Positions 1 to 6,028 of a stretch of DNA of 12,492 bases are shown here, in pieces; the first letter of the stretch is position 1, and each line of letters starts with the position of its first letter. Under the pieces are notes generated by a model. That model was not told where the DNA came from. It saw only the letters and a program-made list of their open reading frames with translations, and did not search any database. A program made the translations under genes and the position numbers. The stretch is taken from assembly GCA_964451135.1 (NCBI GenBank), contig CAYVGP010000011.1, positions 1 through 12,492 of the forward strand. Reading direction: 5' to 3'. This stretch comes from an uncultured Methanosarcinales archaeon (GTDB lineage Archaea; Nanobdellota; Nanobdellia; Woesearchaeales; JAADFO01).

Positions 1-660
1 GTGGAGTATGAGGTTGAAGTCAGGCACAAAGCCCCCGCTGAACCTCAGCTTGTAGCCCCTCGACTCAAGGGCCTCTATGAATGCCCTGTGGTTCTCGGTG
101 TAGTCCCTCCTGAGGCCGCCCGGAGCATAAATTTTTCCGTCAGGGATTTTGAGGTTCTCCTCTTTCAGCACGAATTTCCCTCCTGTGAGCACAAACTCAT
201 GCACGCCCTTCTTTGCAGTGTAGGCAAGTGTCGTGAGGGGCCCGTAAAGCACGTACATTGCAGCGTCCATCCTTGAGCCAGGCTCCATGACGTCCCCTTC
301 GTCAAAGAAGCCCACTATCGTACCTATGGCCAAATTCACTTCAACAAGGGATGAGCCGTCAAGGGGGTCGAGGGTTATGCCGTAGGAGCCCTCTGCCTTC
401 TCAATCTCAATAAGGTCGCCCTGCTCCTCGGATGCGATTGTCCTGACAAGCCTTGACTTTTCAAGAGCAGTTATCAGCAGCTTGTCAGCGTGCTTGTCAA
501 GCGCGAGCTGCTCCTCGCCGTGAATGTTCCTTGTCCCTGCCCTGAACCTGTACCTGTGCATTGTTGCAGAGATGTCCTTGCAGACCTCTGAGACGAGGAT
601 TATCAGCTTTGAGAGGTCGTTGTTTATTCCCTGCTTGCTAAGATGTTCTGAAAGCTCCAT
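1..660 (-). CDS. fbp: Fructose-1,6-bisphosphatase, class I (N-terminal ~220 aa; C-terminus lies beyond the left edge)
   Basis: Not in the supplied track because no stop lies inside the window. The reverse complement of 660..1 is ATG plus 219 sense codons: MELSEHLSKQGINNDLSKLIILVSEVCKDISATMHRYRF..NIHGEEQLALDKHADKLL..IASEEQGDLIEI..ITLDPLDGSSLVEVNLAIGTIVGFF..PGSRMDAAMYVLYGPLTTLAYT..GVHEFVL..YKLRFSGGFVPDFNLILH. This is collinear with class I FBPase blocks (ASEE, DPLDGSS, VGTI, YGxxT, GVHxF, RxSGxxVxDxxxxL). An SD-like AGGTGGTG lies on the minus strand at 665-672. Confidence 0.85.
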   Translation of the reverse strand, partial: MELSEHLSKQGINNDLSKLIILVSEVCKDISATMHRYRFRAGTRNIHGEEQLALDKHADKLLITALEKSRLVRTIASEEQGDLIEIEKAEGSYGITLDPLDGSSLVEVNLAIGTIVGFFDEGDVMEPGSRMDAAMYVLYGPLTTLAYTAKKGVHEFVLTGGKFVLKEENLKIPDGKIYAPGGLRRDYTENHRAFIEALESRGYKLRFSGGFVPDFNLILH

Positions 661-673
661 CTGGCACCACCTG

Positions 674-712
674 TTTTATAGGAGAGACCCTTATTTTTAT
701 AGGAGAAACCCT
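674..712 (-). promoter_or_regulatory. Tandem duplicated 18-nt TATA-containing element upstream of fbp
   Basis: Plus strand TTTTATAGGAGAGACCCT (674-691) and TTTTATAGGAGAAACCCT (695-712): 17/18 identical, 21-nt period. On the minus strand each copy reads AGGGTYTCTCCTATAAAA. The distal TATA centre is ~38 nt from the fbp ATG at 660 and the proximal centre is ~17 nt away. Confidence 0.4.
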
Positions 713-921
713 CACCCCCTGCCTCATAAGAAGGGCTGGGGGGATGTGTGAACGCAAACTGCGTAGGCACTTGTAAAGAAAAAAAGAACTCGCACGCTTC
801 CGAAGTCTCTCCCTTCCCAACAAACACAAAGTGTCCCCCTCTTTATTAGTTTGGCTGCTTCCTCAAAGCTAAAGTTGGCTAATAAAAAAAATCAGGTGCT
901 AGTATTTAAACATTTCTATAA

Positions 922-941
922 ATCATACAACATCATACAAT
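922..941 (+). repeat. Tandem direct repeat ATCATACAAC / ATCATACAAT (2 x 10 bp) abutting the promoter of the RHH-fusion gene
   Basis: Read directly: 922-931 ATCATACAAC and 932-941 ATCATACAAT. The repeat ends 4 nt upstream of the A/T box at 946-958. Confidence 0.6.
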
Positions 942-945
942 TCCA

Positions 946-958
946 AAATTATTAAATA
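946..958 (+). promoter_or_regulatory. TATA-like box for the nucleotidyltransferase/PMM operon (probably a leaderless mRNA)
   Basis: AAATTATTAAATA is centred ~29-30 nt upstream of ATG 982. There is no SD-like purine tract between the box and the ATG. Spacing is essentially the same (28-30 nt) as at three other operon-first genes in this window. Confidence 0.5.
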
Positions 959-981
959 CTAGTTGAGTTTGCGAATTCTGG

Positions 982-1818
982 ATGAAAGAAAGAGTGACGC
1001 TTACTCTTGACTCCGAGCTTCTCAAAAGAATCGACAGGACAGTGGACGGCACGAGGATAAAGAACAGGAGCCACGCTGTTGAGGTTCTCGTCACGAAAGG
1101 CCTCGGGGAGAACGTGCCGCGAAAAGCCGTTATTCTCGCAGGGGGGAAGGGAACAAGGCTGAGGCCCATAACATACGAGATACCCAAGGCATTGATACCT
1201 GTGCATGGAAAAAGCCTGACAGAGCACCTCTTTGACCTCCTGAGAAAATACAGCATAACCGACGTGATAATGTGCGTGGGGCACATGAAGGAGAAGATAA
1301 AGGAATACTACGGGGACGGCAGGGCATTCGGCCTCAGCATAACCTACGTAGAGGAAACAGAGCCTCTCGGCACAGCAGGGCCCCTGCGGAAGGCAAGGGA
1401 ACTCATTAAAGAGGCGTGCGTTGTCTCAAACGGGGACGAGCTGAAGGACGTGAACATAGAGGAGATGTACCAGCTCCACAAGGAAAAAAAAGCCCTGGCA
1501 ACTATTGCGCTCACAACCGTGAACGACCCGAGCCACTACGGGGTTGCAAGGCTCTCCGGCTCAAGGATACTTGAGTTTGTTGAGAAGCCAAGCAAGGAAG
1601 AGGCGCCGAGCAACCTCATAAACGCGGGCTTTTACATAATAGAGCCGGAAGTGATTGACATAATTCCGGACGGCTTCGCCATGCTGGAAACAGACGTCTT
1701 CCCCAAGCTTGCGCAGCAGGGAAGGCTTTACGGCTTTCCCTTTTCAGGGCAGTGGTTTGACACAGGAAACATAGAGAGGTACGAAAGGGCAATAAAGGAA
1801 TGGAGAGATCTGGCATGA
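982..1818 (+). CDS. Sugar-1-phosphate nucleotidylyltransferase with an N-terminal ribbon-helix-helix (CopG/Arc/MetJ-like) domain
   Basis: Residues 1-43, MKERVTLTLDSELLKRIDRTVDGTRIKNRSHAVEVLVTKGLGE, show the RHH pattern: a beta strand RVTLTL followed by two helices. The sequence then runs directly into the NTP-transferase signature AVILAGGKGTRLRPITYEIPKALIPV, with ..EPLGTAGPL.. and ..FVEKP....LINAGFYII.. downstream. There is no C-terminal left-handed beta-helix extension. Sugar and nucleotide specificity cannot be called by eye. Confidence 0.85.
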   Translation: MKERVTLTLDSELLKRIDRTVDGTRIKNRSHAVEVLVTKGLGENVPRKAVILAGGKGTRLRPITYEIPKALIPVHGKSLTEHLFDLLRKYSITDVIMCVGHMKEKIKEYYGDGRAFGLSITYVEETEPLGTAGPLRKARELIKEACVVSNGDELKDVNIEEMYQLHKEKKALATIALTTVNDPSHYGVARLSGSRILEFVEKPSKEEAPSNLINAGFYIIEPEVIDIIPDGFAMLETDVFPKLAQQGRLYGFPFSGQWFDTGNIERYERAIKEWRDLA

Positions 1819-3173
1819 CAAAAACAAACCAGGGGATATTCAGGGAGTACGACATAAGGGGCATTGTCGGGAAGGAGCTCACCGAAGAATTTGCAGAGGA
1901 GCTCGGGAGAGCCCTCGCGGTTTACCTCAACGCAGACAGGGTTGTTGTCGGAAGGGACAACAGGCCAAGCTCGCTTGCATACAAAAACGCGCTTGTAAAA
2001 GGGCTTCTTGAATCAGGGGTCAGCGTGGTGGACATAGGAATGGTGCCCACGCCCCTGCTCTACTACGCGCTGAGAAAGCTCAACATTCCCGAAGGAGTCA
2101 TGATAACAGGAAGCCACAACCCCCCTGAATACAACGGATTCAAGATAGCAAAGAACAAACACTGCATATACGGAAAGGAGATACAGAGGGTAAGGGAGAT
2201 TATTGAGAAAGGGGAAACAAAAAAAGGGAAGGGCAGCCTCAGCGAGGCCATAATTGATGACGATTACATAAACGAGATAAGCTCAAGGGTGAAGCTTGGA
2301 AGGAAGCTGGTTGTTGTGGCGGACACAGGAAACGGAACAGCAGGCCCTGTTGTCTCAAAGCTCCTTGAGAAGATGGGGGCAACAGTGACAGGGCTCTTCA
2401 TGGAGCCTGACGGCACATACCCCAACCACCACCCAGACCCAACCCAGCCCCAGCACTACACAGCCCTCATGAGAGAAGTGAAGGAGAGAAAGGCTGATGT
2501 CGGCCTCGCGTACGACGGGGACGCAGACAGGCTGGGGGCGGTTGATGATAAAGGAAGAATGAGGTTCGGGGACGAGCTCATGATTCTCTTCTCAAGGGAG
2601 ATACTCGGAAAAAGGCCCGGGGCGAAGATAGCCATAGAGGTCAAGTGCAGCCAGGCGGTTGTTGAGGACGTTGAGTCTCATGGAGGAGTTCCAATAATGT
2701 GCCCCACAGGACACTCCCTGATAGAGGCAAAGATGGAGGAAACGGGAGCCCTGCTGGCTGGGGAGATGTCAGGCCACATCTACTTCGCAGACGAGTGGTA
2801 CGGCTTTGACGACGCCATTTACGCAAGCGCGAGGCTCCTGAGGGTTCTCTCAGAGAACGCGAAAAGCATGTCCGAGATGCTGGAAGAGGCCCCGAGGTAC
2901 TTCGCAACGCCTGAGATAAGGATAGAGGTGCCTGACGAGAAGAAGTTTGAGATTGTTGAGCGCATAAAGGAAAATTTCAGAAAAGAATTCAGAGTGATTG
3001 ACATTGATGGTGTGCGCTTCATCACAGAAAAAGGGTGGGGGCTGGTAAGGGCTTCAAACACCCAGCCCGCTCTCGTGGTCAGGGCAGAGGGAAAAACAGA
3101 GGAGGAGCTTGAGAGAATCAAGGAGATGCTCAGGGAGGAGCTGAAAAGGCACGGCGTGGAGCCGGGGTTCTAG
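1815..3173 (+). CDS. Phosphomannomutase/phosphoglucomutase (alpha-D-phosphohexomutase family)
   Basis: Four family motifs are present: active-site Ser loop TGSHNPPEYNGFK, metal loop AYDGDADRLGAVD, sugar loop GEMSGHIYF and phosphate loop VRASNTQPALVVRAEG. The track starts the ORF at ATG 1800. I prefer ATG 1815, which forms an ATGA overlap with the upstream stop (1816-1818) and has TGGAGAG 7 nt upstream. Start 1800 remains possible. Confidence 0.9.
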   Translation: MTKTNQGIFREYDIRGIVGKELTEEFAEELGRALAVYLNADRVVVGRDNRPSSLAYKNALVKGLLESGVSVVDIGMVPTPLLYYALRKLNIPEGVMITGSHNPPEYNGFKIAKNKHCIYGKEIQRVREIIEKGETKKGKGSLSEAIIDDDYINEISSRVKLGRKLVVVADTGNGTAGPVVSKLLEKMGATVTGLFMEPDGTYPNHHPDPTQPQHYTALMREVKERKADVGLAYDGDADRLGAVDDKGRMRFGDELMILFSREILGKRPGAKIAIEVKCSQAVVEDVESHGGVPIMCPTGHSLIEAKMEETGALLAGEMSGHIYFADEWYGFDDAIYASARLLRVLSENAKSMSEMLEEAPRYFATPEIRIEVPDEKKFEIVERIKENFRKEFRVIDIDGVRFITEKGWGLVRASNTQPALVVRAEGKTEEELERIKEMLREELKRHGVEPGF

Positions 3174-3308
3174 CTTCGCAACTCATACTTAGCAGTCCCT
3201 GCCTGAACAAGAAGATTTCTGGTCTTGCGACATCCTGCAACCATTGAAGCGCACTATGCAGGCCATTCCAAGAATGCAAATGCCCTGCAGAAAAGAGGCA
3301 GCGCGTAA

Positions 3309-3455
3309 TTATTGAAAGCAGTTGGCGTCCCCCTGAAGGAGCCCGCCCTCAAGCAATGCTCGCGTCAGGATTGCATCACAGACCTTCCTGAGGAGGGACA
3401 AGCAGTGTCCAGAAACAAGCAGTGCCAGGAAGCTGAAAATTTTAGGGATAATCAT
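3309..3455 (-). CDS. Small hydrophobic/Cys-containing ORF (48 aa), translationally coupled to the upstream hypothetical gene
   Basis: Below the track threshold; hand-translated as MIIPKIFSFLALLVSGHCLSLLRKVCDAILTRALLEGGLLQGDANCFQ*. Its ATG (3455-3453) overlaps the TGA (3454-3452) of the upstream gene as ATGA. The N-terminal ~22 residues are hydrophobic (signal or TM-like). No family recognised. Confidence 0.35.
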   Translation of the reverse strand: MIIPKIFSFLALLVSGHCLSLLRKVCDAILTRALLEGGLLQGDANCFQ

Positions 3456-3976
3456 TTCCGGAAATAATTCCTTAAGCCGGTAAAAAGCACCCCTCCGGGA
3501 ATCAGTATGCTGGTGTAATCAGAAATATTAGGAAGGTGGGTTTCAGAGGGCCTTAGCAGGAGCCACCTCAGCTCCTCATTCGGAGGGGTCTCTTTTATCC
3601 TGAACAAAGGGGCAAAGGAATTGTAAGCCACATGAACAGCGCCTTCAAGGCTTCCCGGCTCTTGTTCTTGGAGGATCTCATGTTTTGACTTGGGCAGAGG
3701 AGTTCCCAAGGTGTAAATCTCGAAATTAAATGAATCCTTTTTTATGTATAAAATGTCGTTTTCGCCCAGAAAAAAATAGCCCGCCCCCAATTCCGGAAAG
3801 TGATCGCTGTTTAGCTCGTCATCAGCAAAATACTTGACATAAAGAGATATGTTTACGACTCTGCCGAAAACATCATCCGCAGCGTGTTCCAGAAGTGTGA
3901 AAACATCGTAGTTATTCTCTCTCACAATGAGATGCGGCTTGTAATTCTCCCTGTATTCTTCCTGAAAGGAGTCCAT
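3452..3976 (-). CDS. Hypothetical protein, no recognisable family (174 aa from ATG 3976; the ORF is open up to GTG 4042, giving 196 aa)
   Basis: A long open frame in a locally AT-rich stretch, where random ORFs should be short. ATG 3976 lies 28 nt downstream of the centre of the AAATTTAAATATT box (3998-4010, minus strand), matching the leaderless spacing seen elsewhere. The 22 extra codons of the GTG-4042 version would be encoded by that promoter-like A/T sequence. Confidence 0.6.
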   Translation of the reverse strand: MDSFQEEYRENYKPHLIVRENNYDVFTLLEHAADDVFGRVVNISLYVKYFADDELNSDHFPELGAGYFFLGENDILYIKKDSFNFEIYTLGTPLPKSKHEILQEQEPGSLEGAVHVAYNSFAPLFRIKETPPNEELRWLLLRPSETHLPNISDYTSILIPGGVLFTGLRNYFRK

Positions 3977-3997
3977 GGGCAGAAGCGAACGAAAGAG

Positions 3998-4010
3998 AAT
4001 ATTTAAATTT
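3998..4010 (-). promoter_or_regulatory. TATA-like box for the hypothetical-gene cassette
   Basis: The minus strand reads AAATTTAAATATT, centred 28 nt upstream of ATG 3976. Confidence 0.45.
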
Positions 4011-4043
4011 ACCTCTTCAGAATAGCGACATAAAAAATCCACA

Positions 4044-4055
4044 ATATTTATAAAT
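4044..4055 (+). promoter_or_regulatory. Candidate TATA box for the exosome superoperon (divergent from the cassette promoter)
   Basis: ATATTTATAAAT is the only strong A/T box upstream of the Pop5 gene. It implies a leader of a few tens of nt (4076-4133, purine-rich GAGAGAGAAAGAGAGAAGCGGAGA) rather than a leaderless mRNA. Confidence 0.35.
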
Positions 4056-4133
4056 CAACACCCTTTCACTCCGACTGAGAGAGAAAGAGAGAAGCGGAGA
4101 CTGTACTGCTTTCTCAGCACAACGGCAGGAAGG

Positions 4134-4508
4134 TGAAAAGCCATTAAAGAAAAGCTGAAACCCCTGAGGCCGTCGTTGCGCGAAAAAAAGCGCTACGTCG
4201 CATTTGAGGTCGTTTCAAAAGAGAAGCTTGAGGGCTACGCCCAAGCATACAACGCATTTGTTGAATCCGTAGTCAGACTTTTGGGGAGCAGGGGCGTTGC
4301 GGAAATAGGGCCTGTTCCTGTGAAGAAGGGATGGAACACCAAGCGCCAGAGAGGGATTGTGAGGGTTTCAGCAAAAAAGGTTGATGAGGCAAAGGCAGCC
4401 ATTGCCGCTGTAACCCACATACAGAGCCACGAGGCAATAATGAGAAGCGTCGGCACAAGCGGCATAATGAAGAAGGCGATTGAACGATACATCAACCCGG
4501 GAAGGTGA
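4134..4508 (+). CDS. rnp2: RNase P protein component 2 (Pop5/Rpp14 homologue)
   Basis: The RYVAFEV core and overall size fit archaeal Pop5. The track starts at TTG 4176 (MREKKRYVAFEV), but the in-frame upstream codons read KAIKEKLKPLRPSLREKKRYVAFEV, which matches the conserved Pop5 N-terminal LPP(S/T)LRxKxRYIAFE block. The start must therefore lie upstream of 4164. GTG 4134 is the best in-frame candidate, since there is no upstream ATG before the TAG at 4023. The exact start is uncertain. Confidence 0.8.
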
Positions 4509-4513
4509 ACAAA

Positions 4514-5251
4514 ATGCAACCAATGACGCACCAAATGATGGGGTACGACAGAGCAATAACAATGTTCAGCCCTGACGGAAGACTGCTTCAGGTTGAGTAC
4601 GCGAAGAAGACAGTCAGGCAGGGCTCCTCCGCAATAGGAATCGTGTGCAAGGACGGAGTGGTCATAATAACGGACAAAAGGATAGTGGACAAGCTGATTG
4701 TCCCGGAGGCAGTGGAGAAGATATTCCAGATAGACGAGCACATAGCTGCAACAGCGTCAGGAATACTCTCTGATGCCAGGGTTCTCATAGAGAGGGCCCA
4801 GCTCAAGGCGCAGCAGCACAGGGTTGTGTATGACGCGCCCGTGGAGCCCATAACAATCGTGAAGGACATCTGCGACCTCAAGCAGATATGCACCCAGAGC
4901 GGCGGCCTGAGGCCGTTCGGAGTCTCGATTCTCGTTGGGGGCATAGACAAGGAAGGCCCCAAGCTCTTTGAGACAGACCCCACAGGCATATACTTCAGGT
5001 ACTACGCCACAGCAATCGGGGAAGGGGAAACAGAGATAGAGGAGATCCTTCACAAGAACTACAAAGAGGATATCACGATAGAGGAAGGCATAGAGCTGGG
5101 AGTGAAGGCGATAGTGGAAGTCATTGACAAGGACATACCTGTTGAGAGGCTTGACTGCGCATACGTCAAGAGCGACGAAAAGAAGTTTGTGAGGCCGAAA
5201 AAGGAACACCTCCAGAAGGTTCTTGCGAGCCTCAAGCCGAAGAAAAAATAA
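4514..5251 (+). CDS. psmA: Proteasome subunit alpha
   Basis: Carries the alpha-subunit signature [21 protein letters not shown] near the N-terminus. The track start GTG 4505 overlaps the Pop5 stop. ATG 4514 is preferred because GAAGGTGA (4501-4508) sits 5 nt upstream. Confidence 0.95.
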   Translation: MQPMTHQMMGYDRAITMFSPDGRLLQVEYAKKTVRQGSSAIGIVCKDGVVIITDKRIVDKLIVPEAVEKIFQIDEHIAATASGILSDARVLIERAQLKAQQHRVVYDAPVEPITIVKDICDLKQICTQSGGLRPFGVSILVGGIDKEGPKLFETDPTGIYFRYYATAIGEGETEIEEILHKNYKEDITIEEGIELGVKAIVEVIDKDIPVERLDCAYVKSDEKKFVRPKKEHLQKVLASLKPKKK

Positions 5252-5273
5252 TCAGACAATCAAGAGCGTTAAA

Positions 5274-5990
5274 ATGGCAGGAATGGGTGAGAAGAAGCAC
5301 GCCCACATGAACCTCGCACGGCTGAGGAAGGGCAACAACGTGTTTGAAGTCGTCATTGATTCTGAGGCAGCCCTAGAATACAGAAAAGGCGGGGACGTCC
5401 AGCTGAGGGATGTTCTCAAGGCAGAGCGCATATTCAGTGACGCGCAGAAGGGGATGGAGGCCTCTGAGAAGTCGCTTGAGGAGGCTTTCGGCACATCAGA
5501 GTTTGAGAAGATAGCTGACGCCATAATCAAGGAAGGGGAGATACAGCTCACAGCAGAGCAGAGAAAGAGGTTCAAGGAGGAAAAGCTGAGGCAGATAATA
5601 AACATCATCCACACGAACGGCGTGGATCCCAGAACCCATGCTCCCCACCCTCCCGCAAGGATTGAGAGGGCGATAGAGGAGGCAGGAGTCAGCATAGACG
5701 CGTTCAAGCCCGCAAGGGAGCAGGTCAAGGAGGTTGTCAGGAGGCTCCAGCCCATACTCCCCATAAGGTTTGAGGTAAAGGAAATACTGCTTTCAATACC
5801 CGCCTCTTACGCGCCGAAATGCTACTCCGCTGTCAAGAGCAGGTGCACGATACTCAGCGAGGAATGGCAGAGCGACGGAAGCTGGAGCGTAAGGGTGGAA
5901 ATACCTGCAGGAATTGAGGACGAGCTTTACGACAAGCTCAACTCAATAACGCACGGAAACATTGAGAGCAAGCTGCTCTCAACAAAGTAA
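5274..5990 (+). CDS. SBDS-family ribosome maturation protein
   Basis: [42 protein letters not shown] is typical of the SBDS N-terminal (FYSH) domain, and the gene sits in the canonical position between psmA and rrp4. The track start TTG 5223 would overlap psmA by 29 nt. The first ATG after the psmA stop is 5274 (MAGMGEKK). Confidence 0.9.
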   Translation: MAGMGEKKHAHMNLARLRKGNNVFEVVIDSEAALEYRKGGDVQLRDVLKAERIFSDAQKGMEASEKSLEEAFGTSEFEKIADAIIKEGEIQLTAEQRKRFKEEKLRQIINIIHTNGVDPRTHAPHPPARIERAIEEAGVSIDAFKPAREQVKEVVRRLQPILPIRFEVKEILLSIPASYAPKCYSAVKSRCTILSEEWQSDGSWSVRVEIPAGIEDELYDKLNSITHGNIESKLLSTK

Positions 5991-6028
5991 GAAAACGCTT
6001 ATTAAGGCAAACCGAAGGTGAAAGTAAC

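Noticed and set aside
1-276. Track ORF 1..276 (+), 91 aa
   Set aside because: Antisense shadow of the fbp coding frame on the minus strand, which has clear family motifs. The product has no recognisable features.
524-829. Track ORFs 524..751 (+), 624..827 (-) and 638..829 (-)
   Set aside because: They straddle the fbp start and its promoter repeats. They are Pro/Gly/Ser-rich or low-complexity, have no start-site signals, and are out of frame with fbp. Judged spurious.
674-941. Possibility that the short direct repeats represent a CRISPR array or mobile-element termini
   Set aside because: Each has only two copies (18-mer at 21-nt period; 10-mer in tandem), there are no spacers of CRISPR length, and no cas, transposase or integrase genes lie in the window.
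933-1327. Minus-strand ORFs 933..1286, 952..1284 and 1130..1327
   Set aside because: Antisense to the well-supported RHH-nucleotidyltransferase gene and mutually overlapping; shadow frames.
3977-4042. GTG-4042 N-terminal extension of the hypothetical protein (22 extra codons)
   Set aside because: The extension is encoded by the A/T-rich TATA-like sequence itself (3998-4010). ATG 3976 has the same 28-nt TATA spacing as other first genes. Kept only as an alternative.
3174-4133. The unassigned cassette as an integrated mobile element
   Set aside because: I could find no flanking direct repeats, no tRNA target and no integrase or transposase. Only compositional skew supports foreign origin, so it is reported as an accessory cassette, not a mobile element.
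4235-5764. Long minus-strand ORFs 4235..4741 (168 aa), 4588..4989, 4757..5209 (150 aa) and 5252..5764 (170 aa)
   Set aside because: All are antisense to pop5, psmA and SBDS, which carry unmistakable family signatures. The sense strand is rich in GAG/AAG/AGG-type codons, which is probably why the antisense frames contain few stops. No motifs recognised.
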